Source: a virus. From it: DNA of 64,000 nucleotides. Location of the stretch: the IMG/VR virus record IMGVR_UViG_3300005529_000023, positions 1 to 64,000 of that record, one strand, 5' to 3'. The position numbers were made by a program, and so were the translations under genes. A model generated the notes under the pieces. The model searched no databases and was not told the origin of the DNA. It was given only the letters and a program-made list of their open reading frames with translations. Shown one piece after another: positions 52,736-62,550 of the stretch. Numbering within the stretch: the first letter of the stretch is position 1; each line of letters opens with the position of its first letter.

Positions 52736-55692
52736 TGTCAGACATTTTTCTATTAGCACAGATTGAAGATGCAAAAGCTCGAAACGTAGATCTTACGTCG
52801 AGTACTCCAGTACTATTGTCTGTAAAGGTCGGCGGCGGAGTCAACACAGAACTCACGAAGGCTATTTTGGATAGGTTGGTCCCTCTCCAGAATGGTACGG
52901 ATGTAGACGCTACATACCATACTCACAATACGCTTTATTACCTAAAGACTCAGCTAAGCAACACAGGCGTTGGAACAGCTGGCTCTACTTTAATTGGTGA
53001 CAATAACAGCTATTCTAATTTCACTCCTACCGCTGCAACTCTCAAGGGCGCCCTAGCCGGCCTAGACGTTGCTTTGGCAGGTACGACAGCCTCATCTGCG
53101 ATCGATACGGTTTTTAGAATCAAGAACAATTCCGATAACACAAAGCAGATTGCATTCAATGCCTCTTCGATCAGCCCCTCGTCTATTCGCACAATTTCAA
53201 TGCCAGATTCAGATATCAATCTGATTCAGGTACTAACTTCTGTTCAGACCGATGGTAGCCGCGCTTATACTGCGAACCAGCCAATGAATAGCTTCAAACT
53301 TACTGGTTTGGGCGCAGGAACTACCGCAGGTGACTCAGTTAGATATGAACAGGCTATTCTAGTTAATGGAGCCAATCCGTTCACTGCTAATCAGCCAATG
53401 GGCAGCAACAAATTAACCGGCTTGACTCCTGGTTCTGCGACGGGCGACTCTGTTAGCTACGAACAAGCCGCTTTAGTGAATGGTGCAAATCCATTTACCG
53501 CTAATCAGTCGATGGGTGGCAACAAGATTACCAATCTTGCCAATGGCAGTGCTTCTGGCGATGCCGTCAATTATGGTCAGTTAACTAGCCTATCTACAGG
53601 TCTTATTTGGCAGAATCCTATCAACGATCCAGATCTCGTTAATGATAGTTTGAGTGCTCCTCCAGGTTCTCCTGTCTATAGCTTGCTTTACATCATCGCC
53701 GGAAGTCCTACAGGTGCTTGGGCCGGTCTCGCTGGTCATGCCGTGTGGTGGGATGGAGTTGAGTGGGTCGATCTTTCTACTGGTAACACGGCTGCATCTG
53801 GACAAGGTACACCTGTTCAGGTTGGCGATAGATTCTTAGTTGCATCTGATACGCCGCAGCTTTATACCTTCACTGTAACTGCTGCCAACGCTACTAAGGG
53901 CGCAGTATACCAGACTAATGGTTACAACTTCATTGTAGCTGCAACAATCACTGGCGCAACAACGCTTACTGCTACTAGCGCTGGCATCCCAGCTGCCACA
54001 AGCGGAACACTGACAAAGATTTCTGGAACTGGAGATGCGACTATCGCATTCTCCAATTACACAAGTCAACTCGGTGGCGGCTTAGCTGGACAGCACAACA
54101 ATCTAGCTGTGGTTACTGGAAATACTCCAGGATCGTTTACTTATTCCTTTACTGCTCCATCGAATAACTGGGCTCTTACGGACCTTGCCGCTGGATCTCA
54201 GCATTATAATGACTCCTTCACGTACAGTTCTACGCTTGTGTCGTGGGTCAACTTCTCTGGTCCAAGCAAGAATGCTGCTGGAACCGCTTTAGCCTTTACA
54301 GGCAATACATTGAATGTTCAGGTCGATAATTCTACGATCGACACCAATGGTTCAAATCAGCTAGAAGTCAAAAATAGCGGTATCACGAATGCTAAGTTGG
54401 CTAATATGGCGGCAAATACTGTTAAGGCCAACATCACAGTTGGATCTGCTGCTCCGACAGATGTTGCATTCGTATCTACGAGTACACCTAGCTCTGGTGT
54501 TTTCAGAGATGCTTCCAGTAACTTCTCTGCAAATTTAGTTACTGTGTCCGCTCTTCTTTCTGCATCTTCAAATCCAGCCTCTACTGGTGCCGTACGTTTG
54601 GCTAATGCTGATGCTATAAATTGGAGAAATAATGCCAATTCAGGGGATATTGGATTTTTCCCGGCATTTCTTGGTGGCTTAGACTTTATTGTCACTGGTG
54701 TTACACTAGGTTCTTCTGCGGGAATGGCTGTATCTAATGCTAACATTCCAAACAACTTTGGGCACATTGAAGTAGCAAGAAATGGTCAATCGTCAATCGC
54801 CGCTACGACATATAGCAGTAGCAATGCAGGTACTTCTGGTAAAGTCTTTTTCCAGAGAGCGCGTAGTACATTTGCTTCGCCTACCATCGTAAATAACGGT
54901 GATACTATCGGAGCCTTAGTTTTCTCCGGTTATGATGGAGCAAGCTGGAATTCTACGTCTGCTTTAATCAAAGCTGAAGTAGATGGAACACCAGGAGTCA
55001 ATACTGTTCCTGGAAGAATTGTATTCGCGACAGCTGCAACTGGAAACCTAGCTACTACCGAAGCTCTACGCCTTAGCCAAGATCAGTCTGCACTATTCGC
55101 AGGCAATGTAAAGGCGCCAAACGTAGTTCCTAAATTGGCAAGTACTGCTACGGCAGGTGGAACTACTACGCTAACCGTGAACAGTCTGGGTGTACAGCAA
55201 TTTACAGGAAGCGCTAATCAAATTGTTGTTCTACCGGACGCCACGACTCTCATTGTTGGCTGGCCATTTGTCATTTTGAATAGGTCTACCGGAACTATCA
55301 CTGTCAATCAAAATGGCGGAACTAACTTAGCTACCATTACTGCCGGAAATTGGGGCGTCTTCAGGGTTACCGATATCAGCACCTCGGCGGGAGTGTGGGA
55401 TAACGGTAATAACCTACAATATTCGTCGGTTTATGACCAACGCGTTACAGTTGTGGCGTCCGGTGCTACCGGGAATCAGATCAATGGGCCAGTTACCCCA
55501 GGAACTAACGTCACGCTTCCAAGTTCTCAGACGTATAACTCTTCGGAATTACAGATTTATTTGAATGGACAGCGTCTCGAAGTAACAAGCGACTGGAGCA
55601 CTGTGGGATCGGTCCCAAGAACCCAAGTTACCTTTGTGGATACTCTGCAGGTCGGCGATACCATTGACTTTGTGATCCAGAGGAACTTCTAA
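52735..55692 (+). CDS. tail fibre protein (985 aa) with three ~39-aa repeats
   Basis: repeats ending in KITNLANGSASGDAVNYGQL (YadA-neck-like); C-terminal IYLNGQ module. Confidence 0.75.
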   Translation: MSDIFLLAQIEDAKARNVDLTSSTPVLLSVKVGGGVNTELTKAILDRLVPLQNGTDVDATYHTHNTLYYLKTQLSNTGVGTAGSTLIGDNNSYSNFTPTAATLKGALAGLDVALAGTTASSAIDTVFRIKNNSDNTKQIAFNASSISPSSIRTISMPDSDINLIQVLTSVQTDGSRAYTANQPMNSFKLTGLGAGTTAGDSVRYEQAILVNGANPFTANQPMGSNKLTGLTPGSATGDSVSYEQAALVNGANPFTANQSMGGNKITNLANGSASGDAVNYGQLTSLSTGLIWQNPINDPDLVNDSLSAPPGSPVYSLLYIIAGSPTGAWAGLAGHAVWWDGVEWVDLSTGNTAASGQGTPVQVGDRFLVASDTPQLYTFTVTAANATKGAVYQTNGYNFIVAATITGATTLTATSAGIPAATSGTLTKISGTGDATIAFSNYTSQLGGGLAGQHNNLAVVTGNTPGSFTYSFTAPSNNWALTDLAAGSQHYNDSFTYSSTLVSWVNFSGPSKNAAGTALAFTGNTLNVQVDNSTIDTNGSNQLEVKNSGITNAKLANMAANTVKANITVGSAAPTDVAFVSTSTPSSGVFRDASSNFSANLVTVSALLSASSNPASTGAVRLANADAINWRNNANSGDIGFFPAFLGGLDFIVTGVTLGSSAGMAVSNANIPNNFGHIEVARNGQSSIAATTYSSSNAGTSGKVFFQRARSTFASPTIVNNGDTIGALVFSGYDGASWNSTSALIKAEVDGTPGVNTVPGRIVFATAATGNLATTEALRLSQDQSALFAGNVKAPNVVPKLASTATAGGTTTLTVNSLGVQQFTGSANQIVVLPDATTLIVGWPFVILNRSTGTITVNQNGGTNLATITAGNWGVFRVTDISTSAGVWDNGNNLQYSSVYDQRVTVVASGATGNQINGPVTPGTNVTLPSSQTYNSSELQIYLNGQRLEVTSDWSTVGSVPRTQVTFVDTLQVGDTIDFVIQRNF

Positions 55693-55701
55693 GTAAGATC
55701 A

Positions 55702-55708
55702 CAATCTT
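55702..55708 (+). promoter_or_regulatory. putative late-promoter motif
   Basis: CAATCTT-TA. Confidence 0.55.
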
Positions 55709-55727
55709 TACGATATAGGAATGTAGA

Positions 55728-58391
55728 ATGTCTAAAACGCTATTTGATATCAGACAATCACAGACAAGGGTACTCCAGGATCAGCTGAATGCATCTGCAA
55801 CAGTTGGCATGGATTCAACTCTTGCGTCAATCAACAATGAGTTGACATCTCCTGGACGCCTTATTGCGGCTGCAACACCAAGTCTCGTCGTGACAGTTGG
55901 CTCGGGCACGGTTGTCAACCCAAACACGTCTAAGAACAGAGTTCTACCTTTCATCAGCAATGCTCCAGTTTCATTTACTGGCGGAACAATTACCTTCCCA
56001 GGCGGTTCTGGCGGTGGAACAATCACTGTTAGCCCAGGCACAAATGCAACCATTACAATCGGAGCAAGCCAATTCGTAGCCGTCCTAGTTCAGCTCAATG
56101 CTTCTGGACAGCTTAGCCTCGTTGTCGGCTCTGCCGCTGGAAGCCTTGGTGCCGTTACGATTCCAAGTGGATCTACCAGCCTTCTATCTCTTGGTTACAT
56201 CATCGTTCAATCGAACGTGTCGAGCGTTATCCAGAATATTACGAATTCGATGCTCTATCAGTTCGTTGGAGGTGGTGGATCGGGCGGAAGTGGCAGCGGA
56301 ACTGGTGATGACTTGGATGCTCTCCAGTACAACGCAAGCTTTACCGAACCTCTAACTTCGCTACCTGGATCTACAACTTCTTCGATCGATACTACGAATA
56401 CGAAGGGTACGTACTCGGCGGCCAATAACACCTACACGCTATCTTACGATGCAAGCAAGACGGTAACAGCTAACACTGGAACTACAATGCATCTAAGCGC
56501 TACGCCTGCTTACACGGTCGCTGTCGGCGATATGCTTGTTGTAGGTACACAGGCTCGCAAAATCACTGTTCTTGGCTCGATCAACTCTGACGGCGGCAGT
56601 GGCACTCCATTCACTATCGAAGCTGCATTTACTACAAACCCATCAGCTTCTGCGGCCACAGTTTCTCAAGCTGTCTATTCGCAGGACATCAATAACTTTG
56701 CCGGCGATGGTGTTTCGATCGCAAGCATCTACACCGACAGCATCTTCGATGCACTGGTTACGTATAATGATACGAACTCCGGCATACTTTACAATAGCAC
56801 TGATCCAGCAGTCGTAGCGTATACGGTTTCTGCCGATGGAACAAACTATTCTTCCGTCGCTACTCGCGAAGCAAACCTAAGTGTGCAGACGAGCTACACT
56901 AGCACACCAACTTCGGGAACAAACCTATATCTACGTTTCTTTGCCAATAAGACTTCTGGATCTGGAACTGTCAACTTGGTCGGTGGCTACAAAGCATTCT
57001 TCCATAGAACTTCTCAGACTGAAAGTGGCGGTATCCTCAATCAGGCATATTGCTTCACGAACAGCGTGGGTACTCCAGTCAACTGCTCTAATCCAACGGT
57101 GGTTGGTGGTAAGACTCAGATCGTCCTAAATTTCTCTTATCCAGTCGGAGTCAATTCTGGAACGGCAAATGGTGGAATTCTTGTTTACCTAAATGGTCAA
57201 AAGATTCCGCGTTTCGTCAACTCTACTCTAACTCCAGATGCAAGTTACACCGAAACATCGGCTAACACTATTACATTGGATGTAGACTACAGTTCTTTGA
57301 ACTACGCAGTTGAAGTGTATCAGAACGTTGCAGTTGTTGATTCCAACACTCAGAACACAACAAACATCACTGCTATTCAGACATCTCAGTTACGCAATAG
57401 CTTGATCAATGGAAACTTCGACTTTTGGCAGCGTGGTACATCGGTGACTGTGGCCAATGGAGTTAGCACGTACCAAGCAGACCGCTGGTATGTCAAAAAC
57501 TCTCTTGGAACAAACGGAGTCATTACGTACTCCCAGAATGCTCCTGGTCTAACCAATTCCAAGTTTGGCGCTAAAGTTCAAATTACTACTGCTCCAACTG
57601 CCGCTCAAGCAAACGGATGCGAGCTATATCAAACTCTGGAGAACGAAGACAGCCTAATCTATCTCAACAGCACAGCTTCATTCTCAATCAACATCAAAGC
57701 TCTAGGCAACGTCACTTCTGTTGGCCTTCAGTTCTTCTATGCTACATCTGAAACCAAAGTTACTACGGCTCTTGGTTCTGAAAAGTCGGTTACTGTCAAT
57801 ACAACCTCGTTCGCCCTAGGACAATTGGTTGCTCAGAGCATTAGCACATTACCAACTACCTCTGGCGTTCTAGGTGTTCGTGTTCGTATTTTAGGTGTTT
57901 CGTCTGGCAACACATACGACCTGAACAATGGATTCATCGTAGAACAAGCTATGATGAATCTTGGGCCAACATGTTTACCATACTTTCAGAGAGCTGCTAC
58001 GACTATAGCTGGAGAGCTTATGCTTTGTCAGCGCTACTACGAGAAGAGCTACGCCACTACCACTAACCCCGGAACAGCCGGCGACACCAATTCCCCGCTA
58101 CAGTTACTTGTAGGCATCAACGGCTCCGCCTCCAACTCTCAGATTGCCGGAACTCAGTACTTCAAGGTCCAAAAGAGGGTAGCGCCTACGATGACTGCTT
58201 ATGAGACGATCAGTGGCACGATCAACCTAGCCAACCCACTTGTGAACAGCGGGTCCAGATCGGGAACTACGACCTTTACGGCAGCCAATAACAATCTATT
58301 CTCGACGACGTCGAACTTCGCATACCAGTTCAACAATGGCACAAGCTTCGCAGGTATCTTTTTCGGCTGGACGGCGGAAGCGGAGATTTAA
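55728..58391 (+). CDS. tail fibre / receptor-binding protein (887 aa)
   Basis: C-terminal NSLINGNFDFWQRG...ELMLCQRYYEK carbohydrate-binding-like domain. Confidence 0.75.
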   Translation: MSKTLFDIRQSQTRVLQDQLNASATVGMDSTLASINNELTSPGRLIAAATPSLVVTVGSGTVVNPNTSKNRVLPFISNAPVSFTGGTITFPGGSGGGTITVSPGTNATITIGASQFVAVLVQLNASGQLSLVVGSAAGSLGAVTIPSGSTSLLSLGYIIVQSNVSSVIQNITNSMLYQFVGGGGSGGSGSGTGDDLDALQYNASFTEPLTSLPGSTTSSIDTTNTKGTYSAANNTYTLSYDASKTVTANTGTTMHLSATPAYTVAVGDMLVVGTQARKITVLGSINSDGGSGTPFTIEAAFTTNPSASAATVSQAVYSQDINNFAGDGVSIASIYTDSIFDALVTYNDTNSGILYNSTDPAVVAYTVSADGTNYSSVATREANLSVQTSYTSTPTSGTNLYLRFFANKTSGSGTVNLVGGYKAFFHRTSQTESGGILNQAYCFTNSVGTPVNCSNPTVVGGKTQIVLNFSYPVGVNSGTANGGILVYLNGQKIPRFVNSTLTPDASYTETSANTITLDVDYSSLNYAVEVYQNVAVVDSNTQNTTNITAIQTSQLRNSLINGNFDFWQRGTSVTVANGVSTYQADRWYVKNSLGTNGVITYSQNAPGLTNSKFGAKVQITTAPTAAQANGCELYQTLENEDSLIYLNSTASFSINIKALGNVTSVGLQFFYATSETKVTTALGSEKSVTVNTTSFALGQLVAQSISTLPTTSGVLGVRVRILGVSSGNTYDLNNGFIVEQAMMNLGPTCLPYFQRAATTIAGELMLCQRYYEKSYATTTNPGTAGDTNSPLQLLVGINGSASNSQIAGTQYFKVQKRVAPTMTAYETISGTINLANPLVNSGSRSGTTTFTAANNNLFSTTSNFAYQFNNGTSFAGIFFGWTAEAEI

Positions 58392-58393
58392 TC

Positions 58394-59494
58394 ATGGCTA
58401 AAATTTTTGGCGTACACGTACCATCAGAATTAAATAACTTAGCCATCAATGGTGGCTTTGACTTCTGGCAAGAAAAGGCTGGAACGACAACTACAATCAA
58501 TACGGCTACAAGTAGCTTCACTTATGCCGCTGACATGTGGGCTGTTTCATCTTCTGGAGCCACGGTCAAGAACTATAACTATCTAAGATCATCTTCTACT
58601 GTTCCTACACTAGCTCAGTCTGGCTTCAATAGCCGTTACAGTATGCAGTTTCAAGTCCTAACTGCAATTGGTTCATTGGCAGCTAGCGATGAGATCCTTC
58701 CTTATAACTATTTTATGGAAGGTCAGGACTACGCAAGAATTCACAGCAAAAAAGTTACTTTCGGTTTCTGGTTCAACGCATCTGTCGCAGGCACTTACAG
58801 TTTCGCAATGCAGAACAACGCGGGTAACAGAAGCTATGTTACTACCTTCACACAGAACTCAGGCGGTGTTTGGGAGTACAAGACCATTACAGTAACCCTG
58901 GACAATACAGGCACATGGCTTTTCGATACAAACTTCGGATTGGCCGTTTACATTGCTGCAGTATCTGGTTCGACGGGATCTACGTCTACGCTTGGTTCCT
59001 GGCAGAACGGAGCTTTTGTGGCAGCTACGGGTGCTACAAACTATTTTGCTACTATTAACGCCACACTGAATCTTGCTCAATTCAGTATTGTTGAAGGACC
59101 AATTGGTCTTGGGCCAACGGGTTTCGTTAGATCTGGAAAAACCATTGAAGCTGAGTTCGCTTCTTGCCAGCGCTACTATGAGAAGACTTATCAGTTAGAT
59201 GATATTCCAGGTACAGTAACAGCCAACGGACAGGCCCAAACTGGTCAGCCAAACAACGCTAACTGGCAGTGGACACATTATTTTAACACGACCAAACGTA
59301 CTCGTGGATACACCACACTAATTTATGATCCAGTTGCAGGAACTAGCAGCCACGTTCACAACACTACCGCAGGTAGTTTGACTGCTGCATCTAACGGTGG
59401 TGAAACTAACCTAGCAACCTTTACATGTAGCCAGGCTCCTGGGGCTTCAAATACGCTTATCCAGTATCACGCTACTTTTGATGATAGGTTCTAA
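58394..59494 (+). CDS. tail fibre tip / receptor-binding protein
   Basis: NLAINGGFDFWQ...EFASCQRYYEK domain. Confidence 0.75.
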   Translation: MAKIFGVHVPSELNNLAINGGFDFWQEKAGTTTTINTATSSFTYAADMWAVSSSGATVKNYNYLRSSSTVPTLAQSGFNSRYSMQFQVLTAIGSLAASDEILPYNYFMEGQDYARIHSKKVTFGFWFNASVAGTYSFAMQNNAGNRSYVTTFTQNSGGVWEYKTITVTLDNTGTWLFDTNFGLAVYIAAVSGSTGSTSTLGSWQNGAFVAATGATNYFATINATLNLAQFSIVEGPIGLGPTGFVRSGKTIEAEFASCQRYYEKTYQLDDIPGTVTANGQAQTGQPNNANWQWTHYFNTTKRTRGYTTLIYDPVAGTSSHVHNTTAGSLTAASNGGETNLATFTCSQAPGASNTLIQYHATFDDRF

Positions 59495-59500
59495 TAGATT

Positions 59501-60871
59501 ATGCCAATTACAAAACAAATCAGCTCTAGAGCAAATTTAAAGCAGTCTACGACTGGTGATTTTCCGCTAATCCCAGCGCAGGTTGTTTCTAATATGTATG
59601 GCCCCGTTACATCGACGGCAGGTCAGACTATCATCAATTTGACCTTCGCTGTCTCTCAGACTAATACGGCAAACTTTATCCTCGCAATAGACGGTAAGAT
59701 CCTTAGTCTCGGCGCTTCTAACGATTATCAATTTACCAATGTTCAATCTAATGGAACTTCTTCCCAAATCACATTGAATGCATCGATCGTTGCTGGATTG
59801 AACATTCAGGCTTGGTACATAGGCGTTGCTCAGCCTCCAGTTTCTGCTACTTCGCTATCTACCTTGCAGGCACAGGCAAACCTTAGCACGGCTAGCATTC
59901 CAAAGAACTATCTTTTAAATGGAGCCTTTGATTTCTGGCAGCGTGGTACGTCAGTCACGATTGCTAACGGCGTCTCTACCTATCAGGCAGATCGTTGGTA
60001 CGTGAAGAACTCTCTGGGAACAAACGGTGTAATCACATTCTCCCAAGTCGCTGGATCACTCAATGGATCTAAGTTTGGAGCACAAGTTCAAATTACAACC
60101 GCTCCTACCGCTGCTCAAACTAACGGAACAGAACTCTATCAGACACTTGAGAACTTAAGCTTCCTTGAGCTTTACAGCCAAAATGCATGTTTCTCTGCAA
60201 ACATCAAGGCCCTTGGAAACGTAAATCAAGTTGGTCTGCAGTTCATGTCTAACACTTCAGAAGCTAAAGTCACTACGACTATCGGATCTGAAGTTACAGT
60301 TGCAGTAAACACTTCCGGGTTTACCCTTGGTCAGATTGTAAATCAGGCCCTCGGAAGTGCGATGACTACTTCTGGAGTTGTTGGAGTTCGCATTCGTATC
60401 ACTGGCGTCTCCTCTGGAAACTTATACGACCTGAATAATGGATTCATTGTAGAACAGGCGATGTTAAATCTAGGTTCTACTGCCGCAAATTTCTCTAGGG
60501 CTGGAAGACATCCAAGCTCTGAACTTGCTATGTGCCAGCGTTATTATACTAAGACATATGATTTGACAGTTGCACCCGCATCTATCACTGCCGTAGGGGC
60601 ATTAAATTCCAGTATTTCTCCAGCTTCAGGAGCCAACCAATGTGTAGCGCAGTGGTCTTTTTCTTCAAGAATGAGAGTTTCTCCTACAACAGTTACATTT
60701 TATCATCCTACAACAGGTGCCACTGGCTCTTGGGGTGATAATGTAAATAATCCTATTAACGTTGCTGTACAAACACAGGGTCAATCGAATTTGACAGTAA
60801 TCAATAGCGGTAGCGTCTCGGCTAGCGGAAAATTTGTCTATGGACATGTTACGGCGGACGCGGAGATTTAA
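59501..60871 (+). CDS. tail fibre tip / receptor-binding protein, paralogue of the 55728 C-terminus
   Basis: NYLLNGAFDFWQRG...ELAMCQRYY; ends TADAEI vs TAEAEI. Confidence 0.75.
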   Translation: MPITKQISSRANLKQSTTGDFPLIPAQVVSNMYGPVTSTAGQTIINLTFAVSQTNTANFILAIDGKILSLGASNDYQFTNVQSNGTSSQITLNASIVAGLNIQAWYIGVAQPPVSATSLSTLQAQANLSTASIPKNYLLNGAFDFWQRGTSVTIANGVSTYQADRWYVKNSLGTNGVITFSQVAGSLNGSKFGAQVQITTAPTAAQTNGTELYQTLENLSFLELYSQNACFSANIKALGNVNQVGLQFMSNTSEAKVTTTIGSEVTVAVNTSGFTLGQIVNQALGSAMTTSGVVGVRIRITGVSSGNLYDLNNGFIVEQAMLNLGSTAANFSRAGRHPSSELAMCQRYYTKTYDLTVAPASITAVGALNSSISPASGANQCVAQWSFSSRMRVSPTTVTFYHPTTGATGSWGDNVNNPINVAVQTQGQSNLTVINSGSVSASGKFVYGHVTADAEI

Positions 60872-60874
60872 ATT

Positions 60875-61507
60875 ATGCCATTAAGTAGCGTACTAAAAAA
60901 TCCTACAGTTCAAACTTTCACTTCTGGATCTGGAACGTACACCACTCCTTCTGGAGTAAAGTACATTACTGTATTGATGGTGGGTGGAGGAGGAGGCGGC
61001 GCTGGTGAAGCAGCCGGTGCGGGACCTGGCGGTAATGGTGGAGACACTTTATTTGGATCTCTTCTAACCGCAAAAGGTGGATCAGGTGGTAATAACAATT
61101 CGATTGGTGGAATTGGTGGTGTAGCTGGGACTGTAAATGCACCAGCGGTTCAAGTTTTAAACATGCCTGGTGGGGACGGTGCATCTGCCGGAGCTAATGT
61201 CAGTGGTGGCTCAGGTGGCATGGGCGGTGCCTCGTTTCTTGGTGGAGCAGGCCAGGGAGCCCTTGGTGCAGGGACTGGCACCGCACAGCCTGGTCATACA
61301 AATACTGGTGGTGGAGGCGGTGGTGCTACTTTAAATGGTGGTTCAGGTGGTGGAGGTGGTGGAGGCGGCGGTGTAGTTATTGCGAATATCCCTTCACCTA
61401 GTGCTTCATATTCTTATACAGTTGGTGCAGCGGGTAGTGCTGGCGCTGGGGCAAATCCTGGTGCTGCTGGTGGATCTGGCTACATTGTAGTAACTGAATA
61501 CTATTAA
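60875..61507 (+). CDS. glycine-rich tail-fibre-associated protein
   Basis: QTFTSGSGTYTTPSGVKYITVLMVGGGGGG...GGSGYIVVTEY. Confidence 0.8.
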   Translation: MPLSSVLKNPTVQTFTSGSGTYTTPSGVKYITVLMVGGGGGGAGEAAGAGPGGNGGDTLFGSLLTAKGGSGGNNNSIGGIGGVAGTVNAPAVQVLNMPGGDGASAGANVSGGSGGMGGASFLGGAGQGALGAGTGTAQPGHTNTGGGGGGATLNGGSGGGGGGGGGVVIANIPSPSASYSYTVGAAGSAGAGANPGAAGGSGYIVVTEYY

Positions 61508-61557
61508 AATAGCGATCCCAATTTCCATAATTCGATACGGATGTTTGGATTTAATTT

Positions 61558-62550
61558 TTAACGGCGATCGTTCTTCAAAATTTCCTTAACAGCTTCTTTG
61601 ACTAGTTTGCGATCCTGTCCAAGATTGAATCTTCCATGAGAATCACTGGCCCAAAGCTTTGATCCCGGTGTCCAAGTGATGCCGGATTTAGTGAGTAGTC
61701 TATGGCAGGCACCATCCACAGGGGCGTAGTAGAACATCCCATCCTGGCATATTGGTTGGTTTCCGAAAAACTTTTCTAGTTTGCTCCATTCCCCTCTATT
61801 ATCATTCAGGGCATTCTTGGCCCTGTATTCAAAGTTCTCCCAAAAGGTCTTGCTTCTATAGTCCTTCAAAACTTGTAACAGGATCACGTTACTGGCACTG
61901 CTCAACCCGCAGTACTCCGCTTCTACAAGCGCCGCCAATCGTAGGGCTAAGGCATCGTCATTGGTGGCTATCCAGCCAGTACGGAGCCCGTTTAGGCCCA
62001 AAAGTTTTGAGTAAGATCCGACTATGAGATCATGAGTAGGCGGATGGTAAAATCCAGAGATGTATACCTTGCTGTAATACACAGCATCCCAAATTACTGG
62101 CGTTGGAGTCCAAATGTTTTCGTTGATCGCCCCGGTAGGGTTTGCGGGAGAATCGAGTAGGGTCACTGGATTCTGTTGACTGAGCACCTTTTGAGTAGTT
62201 GGCATGTCATAGAAGTGTTGCATGCCAGCGGCCTGAATCATGGCCGGATAGACGGGGAAGAAAGGAGGTTTGCGCGTGTAAACTGTTTTGTGCCCTTTTT
62301 GCTCATATGCGCGCAGCGCAATGGTAACTCCGCCCGTTGCTCCATTGGTTAGAAAGATGTGCTTATAAGTCCGTCCTATTTGTCTTTCGAGTACTTTGCG
62401 CGTGATCTCGATGAGGGTTGGATCTCCATTGTGGGGTGTATAGCGTAGGTTCTCATCGCTCATCTTGAAGAAGATGGTCTTAGGAATTCCTTCTAAAAAG
62501 GCATGACGAATGGCTACAGCATTTCCCCAAGCTAGATCGAACTGTTTCAT
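61558..62550 (-). CDS. PLP-dependent class I/II aminotransferase-fold enzyme
   Basis: LTNGATGG; DSPANPTG; WDAVY; SYSKLLGLNGLRTGW (PLP Lys); RFNLG. Confidence 0.85.
   Translation of the reverse strand: MKQFDLAWGNAVAIRHAFLEGIPKTIFFKMSDENLRYTPHNGDPTLIEITRKVLERQIGRTYKHIFLTNGATGGVTIALRAYEQKGHKTVYTRKPPFFPVYPAMIQAAGMQHFYDMPTTQKVLSQQNPVTLLDSPANPTGAINENIWTPTPVIWDAVYYSKVYISGFYHPPTHDLIVGSYSKLLGLNGLRTGWIATNDDALALRLAALVEAEYCGLSSASNVILLQVLKDYRSKTFWENFEYRAKNALNDNRGEWSKLEKFFGNQPICQDGMFYYAPVDGACHRLLTKSGITWTPGSKLWASDSHGRFNLGQDRKLVKEAVKEILKNDRR

Noticed and set aside
58030-58391. Diversity-generating retroelement variable region with an IMH-like 21-nt end
   Set aside because: No reverse transcriptase or template repeat in the window; the two tips differ at all base types and in length, not only at adenines. 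Cannot be excluded outside the window
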